This document shows, one piece after another, positions 13,078 through 26,392 of a DNA stretch of 64,000 nt (its first letter is position 1; each line of letters begins with the position of its first letter). Below the pieces are notes generated by a model. The model searched no databases. It was not told the origin of the DNA and worked only from the letters and a program-made list of their open reading frames with translations. Where the stretch lies: positions 2,976,001-3,040,000 of the forward strand of contig CP075493.1 of the NCBI GenBank assembly GCA_021613535.1. Reading direction: 5' to 3'. Origin of the DNA: Adineta vaga (taxonomy: Eukaryota; Animalia; Rotifera). A program made the translations under genes and the position numbers.

Positions 13078-13614
13078 ATGCCAGGAATTCAAAAACTTAC
13101 TCTCTTTGCTGGAGCTGGTATTGGTGCCTTTGCTATATTACTATTGATTATAAGTGTAGCTACACCTGCATGGCTTGATGATGGAAATGGTAACACTATT
13201 GGCCTGTTTCGAAGATGTGTTGGAACGAATGGAACAGCAAATCTCACCCTAGGTTGTACAGCAGCTAATCGTGTTACTCAAGGTGGTTTATCTGTTTTTG
13301 GTCTTTTATTACTTATATTTGCTGTATTTGCTACTATTGCTGCAACATTCACAAGAAATGCAATGCTTTTCTTAGTTTCGTTAGGTTTAATGTATTTTTC
13401 ATCCATGTTTGTAATGTCAGCTTATGCGACATGGGGAGGTTATTCGCGTGATCCATCATCATATTATTTTCCCAATGTACCAACCACAGAGCAACATACA
13501 TCAACGGGTTACTCGTATAATTTATGTGTTGCCGCACATTTCTTTCTTTGGACGGCGCTAACATTAGTTGCATTTGGTGTCGGACATTATTGGGGTACTG
13601 AACGAAATACATAA
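13078..13614 (+). CDS. Claudin/PMP22/EMP-family tetraspan membrane protein
   Basis: Four hydrophobic segments, the W..GLFRRC..C first-loop signature and GYSYNLC before TM4. Single exon, 178 aa. Confidence 0.85.
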   Translation: MPGIQKLTLFAGAGIGAFAILLLIISVATPAWLDDGNGNTIGLFRRCVGTNGTANLTLGCTAANRVTQGGLSVFGLLLLIFAVFATIAATFTRNAMLFLVSLGLMYFSSMFVMSAYATWGGYSRDPSSYYFPNVPTTEQHTSTGYSYNLCVAAHFFLWTALTLVAFGVGHYWGTERNT

Positions 13615-16600
13615 GCTTAAATGACTTATTTTAATAGTTCACTTTTCCCCTACACATATGCAGACATCCAAAGAACAATAGAGAAAGAAAACATTTTATT
13701 TCCATTCAAATAATCAAGTATTCTTTTGTTCTCTTATTCATTAGTTAAAAAACTAAATGTCCGATCAACCTATTTTATTGTTTTGTTTCTCCTTCTTCTT
13801 CTTCTTCATCGTATATACACTGTCCTATGTGTCACTGATATAGAATTCTTCGTTATAGTTTGAAAGACACATGACCCTTTGTGATACATGTCAGTAAGAT
13901 TCAAACTTAATATGTATTTGATCCAACTATTGTATCATTCGATGTTTAATTCTTCTTCTTCTTCTTGTTTTCCTTCTTTCCGAACATATATATATACGTA
14001 CACGAATGTCACTCGTTTGTTATTGTTTCTTTATTTTTAATCCATATGTATCAGTGAAGAAATCTATTGCTTTGGAATATGAAAATATATACATAAAACT
14101 TGGAAAGATGTTGTTTTTAGTCAGAGTAATGTATTTATTAACAAAAGTGCACGAAAAGAAATCTTTTATTTCTTATTCTTCTGGTAATGCAATATTGTGC
14201 GAGATCGCCAGGATAAGTGTTCTCGTTGAAGAGAAAAAGAAAAGGAAGGCAATTTAGTGTATTAGAATAGGATATCAAGTATCATTTTACTGATTTATAA
14301 ATGCAACATTTAAGTGAGAGAAGTACTTTGATGATGACTAAAACGAAATAAATCTGTAATTTATTCGAGAAAAATGTCAACGATAAATTTTTGATCAAAT
14401 AAAAGAATCAGTGTGGTATATATTGTAATGATTTATTCATGACATAAATTCGTTGTTGAAGACAACAATGATTTTGTAAAATACGAACAAAATTATTATA
14501 ACTAATTGAGAATTCTGTTATTGCTTCAATAAAACATTTTAAGATTTACTAAACTATTATATGAACTCATCGTATGATTTATATACATTGTAGCAACACG
14601 TGCTATCTTAAATTTAACCGCAATGATAATTGCAAAGACTAGGATTGTATCTAACTTTAATTTTCGTACTCAATTTTATAATTATCAATCAATGTTATGA
14701 TATTCAACAGAGCGACATATAATCTTGGCTAGGGAAAGTATTAGATATTACCATCAGGGCATGTGTTCAATTTCTTTCATCAACATGATTAATTACGTGA
14801 TTGAAAACTGCAAATGATGTAGTGGAAAAGAAACAAGAATCATTACGAATTAAAAGGATGTTTCTTGTATTAAATGCTGCTGATGGTTTTCGGTAGCTTG
14901 TTCCAAGATTTTCTGCAGACAAAATTTTGCCTCATGATCACGGATTTTAACGGTAAAAGCGAGAATTTACATGACAATCGTTTCATACCTTGTTTTTGAA
15001 AAATAGACGTAATGAAAGTAACTTATATCAACAGAATAAAAGACAACATCAATCAATACATTTGTTTTAGAAAAAAATTTTTAACAAGTTAACATTATTC
15101 AAGAAATTCCGATGAAAATTGACTGACAATAATATCGTGATATTCAGTAAGTCAATAGAAACAGAATCTTCCATCTTTAATTACACATCAATTTTTCAAG
15201 AAATTCCCGAATGACTTGATATTGTTATTTTTAATTTCTTTTAGGAATAACAGTTCTTTTCAGATGTTTAATGAAAGTAAGAACGTATAAAAAAGTTGAT
15301 TCTCAGCTCGTTTTTTGCTTAGGTTGGAATAGTCGTATAAACTGAAATCTTCTCATCGGTATTTCTTGGTTACGTTCTACTCAATATAAGAAATTCGAGA
15401 CATGTACGAAAGAGAATATCTCTTCTTATAGTATTAGACCAATAATTATGGTTGCAACATTAAAGTAAATAAAACTTGTATACATGGAAAGAAATTAGAG
15501 CAGGTTTCGACGTGTCAATTCACTTTTCTACATAAAAAGAAGAACTTTTAGACAAAGTTATTTATGATTAATTTAATTTTTCCAATACACATCGGATAAT
15601 CATAGTATCAAATTAGTGAGAACTGATTCAACGAACGACTTTCTCAGGAGAAGAAACGCGTGAATACTTCGGACTTTGACAATCTTTGTTGCTGTTGTTA
15701 TCTTCACTTATTCCTCATTATTCGCGATTTCCTGCTCAGTATTAACTCTCATATGGCATTCGTTTTACGATAAAATCAGTTTTCAAGGAATAGATTTATT
15801 ACTTTTAAACGTATCATAATACCGATTGCATCCTTATAAACATTGAGGTTGCCAATAAATCCATTGTAATCGGATTATCAAGATCAATGATTATCTGTCT
15901 CTTTTGGATTTTTCTATAAACAGAAACAAAGACTTTGAATTTACGATGAAATATCTTTATTTTCGTACTTTTGTTTTAGCTGATATTGAATTTAAAGAGT
16001 AGAAATGATCATCGTCAGGGAGAAGAGAAGATTCAATGGATTTAATGAATACATAAGAATTGATAACTACTCATTCTATGCAAACGAATTGACATATCTG
16101 TCTGACATCGTGTCTCATACTATGAGCAATCATGAGTAAATGAAAAATCTCTTTCACTTAGAAAAGAAATAACTCTATTCTAATTAAAGAATGTTCTAAA
16201 CGAATTTGGAAGAAGTATAGTTATTATTAGAATAAAATACAAGAAAGAGAATATATTTAATAAACTTACCGTTACATCGCAACTAACTTAAGCATTTATC
16301 ATTCAATAGTTAACAACTAAACAAACTATCTGGAACAGAATTAAAGAATGATTACCATTGTTCGACATATTTTTCGTTTATTCATTTGAGAATAATAAAT
16401 GTATTGATAAAAATAAAAGAAGACTCATGTTTGAATAAAACATCGATATGAAATTAACTATTTTTAGTTAGACTTGACAAAATGAGATCTTACAGTTCTC
16501 ATTGGTGTTCCATCCATTAGATATAATGTGACAGAATTGCTATCCTTTTATGAAAAGATCAATGTGACTTTGTAGAACAAAGAAGATGCTCGTGTTGCTA

Positions 16601-18468
16601 ATGCTCATACTCATGATGAACACGAAGAACATTTCAGATTGACACTTTTGTTATATAAATAACTTATTTAACACAAAATGAAATCAAAATGATCGATCAT
16701 GATATTTTATTTGCCAAAATGAAGCAATCGAATATATGTGAAAGTAATATTCATTAGAGCTAATGATTGTTTTATAATAGAGATACATTCTGCATAAATA
16801 ATGAAAAACTATTGAAAATCTCAAAAAAGGAACATTAAACATTGATCGAAATGCTGTTGAAAGCAGCAATAATAAAAATAGCATTATAGATATTCTCTAT
16901 AAATATAAAACAAGCTTATCTCCACTGATGATTCAAATTATCTCAAACTCTTCTATGATATGATACAAAAAACAGTGCGTCAACTTTTGTCATTTTTTTC
17001 TATCAACATGTCTCCCTTTTTTTCTCTTTTTTTCCCTCATTTGGCCACACCATCATATCAACAACCATCACAAAACAGACAAAGCACAGATATGTCTCTA
17101 TCTATGCATGTATATGTATAGCGTGACAGAAGCCTGATGCCGACACAAAGATAAGCGCAAGTCAGTTTCCATTTTCATTTGTACACGAAGATATGTTCCT
17201 TTTGTGTCATTTTCGTCTCACACTACCAAACTCTTCTCTTATCTCGTTTATTTCTCTAATAACTCGCGTTTTTTTATATTTCTTCATCAAATTCTCATTT
17301 GTCTTGATTTGTACAGTTTCTCTCGTTGTTGTCTTCTTCTTCTTCTTCTTCTGTTTATCCTATCTTCCGATTGCAGGTATCATTAGCATCCAGGAAGTAA
17401 ATATCCTATAGTATCATCTTCTAATTGAATTTTACAGTCTTATATACAATTGTGTCATTTATATTACGCATATAGATATATACATACATATATATGGTGT
17501 AGACTAATGTTGAGTAATGGCCATTGCAGATCGTTCACGAGAAAGAGAAAGTGTTTCTTCTCTCTTATTCCTGTTAGTTTCCTTATTGTTTTATGTGTTA
17601 TCAGTGTTTCGTTTAACTTGGTTGATTGCTCGAGCTCGTACGTCTTCATCAACTCATCAACTAGCAAAATGTCAACACACTCTCAAACTTAGATATGGAG
17701 TAAAGAGAAAGAGCCAACCCCTCATTCTTTATCACTTCTTCTAGATGCGCAGTGGGCGAATAGACGTATATAATAATCAAGTATGTAATAGCACCGAGAA
17801 AACTTTATCAACTCTCTTTTTTCTTGAAAAAGCAATCATATAAAAACAGTTGTTTTCACTTCTGCATGACGTTTCTCAATCATTCAATTTTATTCATCAT
17901 GAGAATCTTCTTCTTTTTTTTTTACAGTTACTTATCTGAATTCATTTTTAATGAAAAAAAAAGAACTCTGATATAATTACATTTTGATATGAGTATGCCA
18001 TCTCATTGGCAGAAAAGAAAAGAGAAAAATGGCAAACGAACGACTGATGTCGATAGTCGTTTGCAAGAAAGGGAACGAATGATAACGATTGTCAAGTCAT
18101 TCGATGGAGAAGAGTGTGCGTATTTCCTTAAGCTAGCAAAAAGGAGATAAACAATCTATCAGATGACGATGATGAGTCGTCGTTCTCGATGATAGTGGGA
18201 CGAGCGAGCGAATAGGAGAAGAAAAAAAGGAAATCGACTGGCTCACAACGTGTGCCAATCGTCTTTTTTTGCTGATTCTATTCTATATGTACGAACGAAC
18301 CGAACAATTGCTATCACCTTATCGTTTCTCTCTTTTTCTTCCTTCTTCTTCTTCTTCTCCTCTTCTCTTTTCTCTTTTTCCATCATCTCCTCATCCCGTT
18401 TTGCTTTTGCTCAAGTTCTTCACATCGTATATCTTCGATAAGAAAAAATTTTCCTTGTCTATTCTTCT

Positions 18469-20853
18469 ATGGACAACAATCCGTTGACACCGCGTGCTAG
18501 CAGTTTCAGTATTGCATCGTTGATTACATCAGATTGTTGCGACGATGAGAATAGTTTATATCATTCAATAAGCAATTCAATAGGAACAACACATATAAAT
18601 TTTACGCCTGATTCTTCTATTGAAAAGATTACGAACGATTATTATACCAATATTCATCAACAACAGCAGCAGCAACAACAAGATCTTCAACAAGATCTTC
18701 AACAATTTCGTTCAGCAACATTAAGTGAAACAAATAACGGACAGTACCAACAGCAACCGACAATAGTCAAAGAAAGTCGATCAACAAATCATAAACATCA
18801 TCATCATCATCAAGTTACTAATTTACAAAAAAGTTTAACAACAATTCGTAATATGGAAGGTCCGTTAGTGTTTTTTTTTTCTAAAACAAAATAACTTCAT
18901 CATTCTCTCTCTCTCGTCTAGATTATATTCAATCCGCAACGGAAAAAATTAAATCAACATCAACAAATATGCTCGATATGAGTAAATCCGATAATGAAAA
19001 TGGTACAGGTCAAAATGGAAGTAATGAACTGAAAAAACCTTTACATCCAAAATTAGTTAATATTAAAATGGTTATTGAATCAAAATCTTTGTGGGATGAA
19101 TTTGATAAACTTGGAACAGAAATGATTGTTACAAGATCAGGAAGGTAAGATTAAATCATCGATTTTGTTCAACACTTGTTAAAAACAGATGATTATTCTT
19201 TATGTAAGATGTTCGACAAGTGATAATCTTTCTAGTTAATTTGTTAGAGAAACCATGAAACAAGTCAATCGATTGTTCGCATTTTTGTGTGTGCCTGATG
19301 AAAAAGTCATTAATACGAATATAATCATCAATACATATATATATATATAAATATAGTGGGAATGAGTTTCATAAGTGCAATTAGGCTTCTAACTCGTCAT
19401 ATCACTGATCATTGTTTGTATACAAGCGAAGAGAAAGAAAGAAACAAACGAAGTCATATTGAATATCATTTGAGACAACAAGAGATAAGATTCATGCTAA
19501 TGGCTCAATCGAGCGGTGTCTCTTGAGATCATCACACTATTCTAAAGAAAAAGCACGTCGCTCGCACGAACATGTGCTACTGATAGCTCCAAGGAATGTA
19601 CATATCCTTATGACAGTAGATTATCAATCACGTCCAAGATAACAACTCCTAATGACTGATGTTATTTTAGACGAATGTTTCCAACTTTACAAGTGAAAAT
19701 TTATGGAATGGATCCAACAGCAACATATTTACTTATGGTTGATTTTATTCCATTGGATGATAAACGTTATCGTTATGCATTTTATAGGTAAGAATGAAAA
19801 ACTAACTCGTTATATGAATAAAATCAAAATGTTTTCTTCTTCTAGTTCGAGTTGGGTAGTTGCTGGTAAAGCTGACCCACATTGTCCAGGCCGTTTTCAT
19901 GTCCATCCAGATTCACCTCAAACAGGTTCAGCTTGGATGAAAAATGTTGTTTCATTTGATAAATTAAAATTAACCAATAATTTACTTGATGAAAATGGAC
20001 ATGTAAGAAGATTTTCTAACGATGCAATTCTTTCTATTTCTCTCTCTCTCTTTCGTATGTAGATTATTTTAAATTCGATGCATCGTTATCAACCACGAGT
20101 ACATTGTGTTTATTCACCTTCATCAAAAAATGATGAATTGCTCGTTCAACAAACTCAAGCATTTCGTACATTTACATTTCCGGAAACGAAATTTATTGGT
20201 GTTACTGCTTATCAAAATCATCGAATAACACAATTAAAAATTGCTTCAAATCCATTTGCTAAAGGTTTTCGTGATTGTGATCCTGAAGATTGGTATGTAA
20301 TCAATGTAGAATGACGAATTTTTTCATTTTATCGTTTATTAGTGTTGCTGAAGTTTTAAATCATTTAAATTCAAATCAACGTTTACTTCGTTCACATCCA
20401 AAATCAAATAATAATAATTCAACATCATCATCATCATCATCATCATCGACAGTTAATCCCTCACCAGCAGCGATTACATCCCAATCGTCATCAAATGTAT
20501 TCAATACAGCTGCTGCAGCTATCACGTCACGTTTTATCTCTGATCCTCAAGGTAAAATCCATTCAATTTGTTTTTATCCAGAACTCAATGAGACTTTCGT
20601 AGATCCAACTGTGAATTTTATCTCTCCATCAGCTTATTCATTAGTCAATCCTGATTTAGCAAGTTATGCTGCTGATGCATTTGTTTATTCTCAATTATCT
20701 GATTTAAACTATCGATCTGTCAATGAACCAACATCATCATCAAATAATCATCATCCAACACGAATGAGTCCATATGCGCGACAAACATTTTATCCAATGT
20801 ATACTCAACGTGATATTCATTCACCATCTCGTACAACAGCTGATTATGCTTGA
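18469..20853 (+). CDS. TBX1: T-box transcription factor, Tbx1/10 (org-1) subfamily
   Basis: Spliced T-box: [19 protein letters not shown]|[42 protein letters not shown]|[41 protein letters not shown], a C-terminus typical of Tbx1. N-terminal eh1-like FSIASLI. Exons start at about 18469, 18922, 19671, 19845, 20063, 20343 and 20603. Confidence 0.93.
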
Positions 20854-21068
20854 AGAGAATTCGAATAGATTTCAAATAAAACATTTTCTATTACACTTTA
20901 TGCGAGATTAGTTTGTGTTCAATACATTTTCTTTTAGTTTGACTCAAGCAAAAAGGTCGAATCTTCTTGTTGTGAGCCTTTGGTCAGATCAGACATTTTT
21001 TTTTCATCTCATTCTTTTGCTTTGTAAAGAAAAAAAAAGGAAAGAGACAACAAACAATACTAAGAAAT

Positions 21069-21093
21069 AAATAATAATAATAATAATAATAAT
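21069..21093. repeat. (AAT)n microsatellite downstream of TBX1
   Basis: aataataataataataataataat. Confidence 0.9.
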
Positions 21094-21712
21094 GTTAAAC
21101 TTGTCTCTCATTTTTGGAATTGTTTTTCTTGTTTGAATCAAAGAACAGCATGTCTTGTCATTTCATCTTTACTAAATAAAATTAACTTTCTTTTCTTCAT
21201 CTGCAATCTCATATGAGCGGCATCTTACTCATTGATCTACATTTGTCTATCGAGAAGATAACGAACTGAATGTGAATGTTTATGTGATGGCTATCTGTCA
21301 TGATTAGTAGTAGAGTATGCGCGCATATTGTGATGTGTTTATATATATATCTATATATCTATATGTGAATACAAAATAGACTTAAAACAATTAGCTTGCA
21401 ACAAATGAATGTTTGTTACTAATTGAAGTTTGATTATTTTTCTGTTTGATAAATAAACAATTGAAAAACTATTGACTGGAATATATCAAAGAAAATGATG
21501 AGGATATATTCGTTTCAAAATAGAAGCTTTCATGAATTTAGGATAGGATTGTTTTGTATTGTCTCCAATATGTTTTGAAAGTCGTTATCGTCACCTCTCA
21601 CTCCTGTTTTAATCTTCATCCAATGATCAAATATTATATTAATGTCTAATTTTTATTTCGGAAAACATCGAAAAATTATTTTAAAAAAAACACATTAAAA
21701 AAACTGTTTTTA

Positions 21713-23475
21713 TCACACACTCAGTTCAGCAATTGAAACGAGACATTTGGCACGTTTATTCATTTCGTTAACGAACATAGTATAAGGCATAATAGTTTCA
21801 ATTAAATAATTCTGTTCTTGATTTCCAACAAAACGATTGAGAGAATATTCAATTGGTGAAGCAATTTTCCATGAACGTAAACATGGATAATGTTCACCAA
21901 TAAATGTTGCTGCAGCTAATTGTGTTGTCAAAGAATTTGGTCCACGTACACTTAAACATTTCAATGTTGATAAACGTTGACAACAAGCGATTAATTCTAA
22001 ATAATCATTGGATGAAAAACGATTATAATCAAGATCTAAGACAATAAGACGTGTTTGTTTCATAAGAACAATCAATAATGTATGCATAAAACGATTTAAA
22101 CGATTAGTACCTAAATCTAGATGTAAAAATTGATGACGAATACTCATCTGACTTAAACTTCTTAAATCATTTTCACATAAGGAACAAAAATCGAGATTTA
22201 ATATTTCTAATGATTGTTCAATAGAATTTAATATTCGTTCAAGACGATCAGTTATAGGTGAACCACTTAACGAAAGATTTTTCAAATGTTTTAATTGAGA
22301 TAAAACATTACAAAATTGATCTAAATCATCTTGATTGAGACGAAAATCTATAAAATTACATGATAAATCTAATGTATGTAATTGAGTTAAGCATGGTAAA
22401 CGTGGAAGGAAATATTTGAAATTTTGTCGTGTTAGAACATTGTATGGAACACGAAGTGTATGAACAAACTAATGAATTTAAATAGAAATAAAGATGAAGA
22501 AAAATAAAATAACTTTACTCGTTTATCAACATGATCAAGAAAACTGCTCACAAGTGCTAAACCAATACAACGCATATCGATTGTACAGATTTGTAAATGA
22601 ATATTTGGCGTTGAAGAACGAAGTGCAGAAAGAAGTTCAACATATGTTCGATAATCTTGTATGATACAATCGAATCGAATGATTATTTGATCATTTGGAT
22701 ATGAACTAGATTTTGTCAGATCTTCAGTTGAATGAACTAAATATATAGAGTTAAGATAATTACTAAAATAAAGAACATATCTATTCTTACCTGAATTATT
22801 ATTAATTGGATGATGTTCATTTTCATCATCTTCGGATTTAAGAACAGGTAATAAATGTTGATGTTGTTGATTATAAATATCAATTAATTGATTTCGTTTC
22901 GTTTCTTTTTCAGCTAGACGACAATGTGTTGATATATATCGTAGAATTAATTCGACAACAGGAAAATTTGTTACATCAAGTATACGTAAATTTGATAAAG
23001 ATTTATCATTGAATTGTGATTGTTGTTGTTGTCGAATTGAATCAATAAATCGAGGAATAATAATAACGGAATATTTAATAGCTTGTTTCGTTCGTTGTAA
23101 AGCCGTTTTTTCACATAATAACATTTTTAATGATGTTAATTTTTTCTTAACAAAATTTTCTAAACGAAATACTCGATGTGGCCAACGTGTTATTAATATA
23201 TTAATACAAATATCATCATGTGTAGAATTTAATGCTGCACGAAATAATGGATAGAATAATTCTTTGGGTATGACATCACAAGCATGTTCAGTTAAATATT
23301 CATTTTGTACAATTTTTGAACAACATATGTCAGTTAATTTTCGTGGTTGAGATTCAGTTTCTTGTCGATCAGGTTCATCTTCATCATCATCATAATTTAT
23401 TTGAAATGATGCTCCATTACGAAAGAATAAATAGGAAAAATCATTGGCAATCGTCGTTGATTGTTGATGAGACAT
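21713..23475 (-). CDS. LRRC14: LRRC14/PRAME-like leucine-rich repeat protein (putative Cullin-2 substrate receptor)
   Basis: N-terminal LTDICCSKI (BC-box-like), VIPKELFYPLF and ILITRWP; LRILDVT; C-terminal LRRs (LHTLDLSCN, LSLSGSPI, LDLGTNRL, LDLDYNRF). Introns at about 22739-22789 and 22471-22518. Confidence 0.75.
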
Positions 23476-23641
23476 GATTGAGCTTTTATATTAGTTCACT
23501 TTCATTTTCGCTTCGCTCATTCCAGGCATGGAATCCATCAATGATGATTCCATAGTTTCTTCGATCAATTTCTATTGGTCAAAAAAATCTGAATGAAAGG
23601 ACAAGAATAGATCGTAATGGCGATGAATACAATGCACTTAT

Positions 23642-25255
23642 ATGTGCAAAAAAACATTTGATATGTTTCATAAGCAAATTAGTCAACTATTTCATTATGG
23701 TCCTATTATTGCAATGTTAATCATCTTCTGGATGTATGTAGGATTAAGAATAGAGAATGAAGGACGACATACTTTTTTTTGTTCTCTTTGTTGAAAAATA
23801 CTCTTGATAAGAAGATTAAACGCGAGTGTATTTTGTATATAGAAAGATTATTCTCCGTTAAAATGCACTCCAATTAGACAATAGAAGCTTTGTTTTTCTT
23901 TCTTATGTAGTACGATCAATGGACTCAATTGTCTTTTGAAATGGTTTCCATTGAATAGATATGATCCATTGAGTATAATTAATTTTATCGTATCTTGGTT
24001 TTGGTTTATAATGATTTTTTATAATTATTTGCAATGTATTTTTCGTGGTCCTGGTTTGTTTCAATGTACAATGAAGAGAACAAGAATGTATGAATATTTT
24101 CATAGGTTTTCTACCAAAATACTGGCGACCAGAATTGAAAGAACATGAAAAATATTTACAATATTGTCAGTAATTACTTTTTATATTCGAATAGAAACAT
24201 AATCATTCATTTTTCAGGTAATATTTGTAAAGGTTTCAAAGCTCCACGTGCACATCATTGCAAAACATGTCAACGATGTATATTGAAATTTGATCATCAT
24301 GTAAGTTTAAATATTAGGAAAAAAGAATTTCTTCAAAACAAATCATTTCAGTGTCCATGGATCAATACATGCCTTGGTTATAAAAATCATGCTAATTTCT
24401 GTTGGTTTTTATTTTCATCAATTCTTGGTTGTATTCATGCTTTATCAATGATTTGTCCATGTATCTATCGAGTCTTATTCATTCCGTACATTCCATGGAA
24501 AAATGAACCAAGAATTGATTTTTCTACAAATACTCTACTATCATCAATACTTTCAATTGGTTTTTCCATTGGTGTTATCATTGCTGTAAGTAGAATTCTT
24601 CGATCTATTGTTCATTGAATTTGATATTTTATGATTCTAGTTAGGATTTTTATTGATAATTCAATTGAAAAATATCATATACAATAGAACTACAATTGAA
24701 AATTGGATTGTACAAAAAGCATATCATCGAAATCAACAACGTCTAGAACCATTTGTTTATCCATATGATCTTGGTTTAAAAGAAAATATTCGTCAAGTAT
24801 TCAATTGGAAAGATTCTTTTCAATTAGTTGGCGATGGTATAACATGGTCAGTACGTTCTAATTGTGATCAATATACATTAACACGTGAACAACTTGAACA
24901 AAAAATCGATAAACAACAACGTTCTGTTCGTTATAAAGTTATTAAATCATACAATGGTGCATTCTTTCCAATTAATTATGATTTATGGACATGTATTTGT
25001 ATTCCATATTTAATGGAATCTCGTCTTCGAATTAGTAAAGGTGATTATCTACTTGTCACACGTTGGAAAGAATATTGGCTTTATGGTAAATTTATCAAAT
25101 CAGATACAATAATCGAACAATTTCGTGGTTGGTTTCCACGTTGTTGTGTTAGAGAATCAATGGATATGAATAATTTATGGTGGGATACATCGTCAATAGA
25201 GTTTAGTTCAAATCTATATGAACGAAATGATATGAATATGAAAAAATTATCATAA
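23642..25255 (+). CDS. ZDHHC6: DHHC palmitoyltransferase with C-terminal SH3 domain (ZDHHC6 type)
   Basis: HYGPIIAM N-terminus; CNICKGFKAPRAHHCKTCQRCILKFDHH|CPWINTCLG; TTIENWI; YPYDLG; GDGITW; SH3-like WLYG..RGWFPRCCV. Confidence 0.92.
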
Positions 25256-25386
25256 TAAACGAATCGAGGTATGTAAAATTTCGGATAATTCAATATTTTT
25301 TCGCTTATATAAATATATTTATACTTTTTTCTTTGGAAAGAAAAGAGATAATCGTCGCATCGTCAATTAAAAACAATATAATCAGT

Positions 25387-25695
25387 AAAAATCATATTCA
25401 CATTTGAACAACATCTCATATTCTAGCATTACTATGAGCTAATATATCCAACTGTATAGCATAGCATAGCCAGTTTACATGAAGCACTCAGAAATAAGTT
25501 CCTTTGTTGTGTGCGAGACAGAGCGTTTAATACAAATCGATTTTCTAAAGCAATCGAAACTATTCATGCCGTAATCACTAGAGAATGTAAAAGTACGAAA
25601 GCTTCATAATAAAATAATTGAGAATATGAGTTCAGTTTCTGCAAAACCAATCGCATCTAATCAAATCGAGCGATCTCTGACAGTTGGATATATCT
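25387..25695 (-). ncRNA. Candidate structured ncRNA, possibly 7SK-like
   Basis: Perfect 14-bp inverted repeat at 25442-25455 and 25680-25693; GATC-containing hairpin at 25647-25675; a further hairpin at 25415-25438; T5 run on the minus strand at 25387-25391. Confidence 0.35.
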
Positions 25696-26392
25696 TTATC
25701 GTATGATCAGGAACACAGTCTGTCATGTTATGTAGATATTAATCCAAAACTGACCGAAGTCAATGTTTCGCATATGTAATCGATCGAAAATACGCCTTGT
25801 TCTAGCAATCATCATGGATTTATTTGCTATCCGATCTTATTTACAATCCATTATTTCACACATAAGTATTTGAATAAATTCCACAAAATAATTTGATTTT
25901 CTATTGATTAATCCATATTTATTGGAATGTATTTTTTCCTTATCTTCTAGCTTGCACATTATTCGCGTTTGCGTTTCGTTTACGATTTAAATGTGCATGT
26001 ATTTTCGCGACTTCTTCTCGTTGATTTAACATATTAACACGTGTTTGATCGTTACGCAAACGATGATGATGATGATATACAAGATGACGACTAATCATGC
26101 GCCACAGACATCGATTCGATTAATTTTTGCCAAAAAAAAGAACACTAATATGCGAATCATACCAATATTTGTTTTTCTTATTTTTCATGTATGTCGTGAT
26201 TTTTTGTTCTCGTTTGATTTTTTTCATATGTGATCTGATCGTTTCCATTCCATTCGTTTGTTACCATTTTGTCATTATATCGAAAAAACTCAAGATAATA
26301 CGTTTTTTCCTCTTTCGCTTCTAATTCTTTCGATATAATTACATTTATATATACATATATTTTATTCTCAAATGCAGATACGAACACATACA

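Noticed and set aside
16590-16660. DEHEEHFRL as a Ty3/Gypsy reverse transcriptase fragment
   Set aside because: No YxDD motif upstream, no LTRs and no other pol motifs.
25442-25693. Tc1/mariner MITE or box C/D snoRNA
   Set aside because: The CAGTTG ends point outward, the wrong orientation for Tc1 TIRs. A CTGA (box D) is present at 25677-25680 but there is no box C inside the 5' arm.
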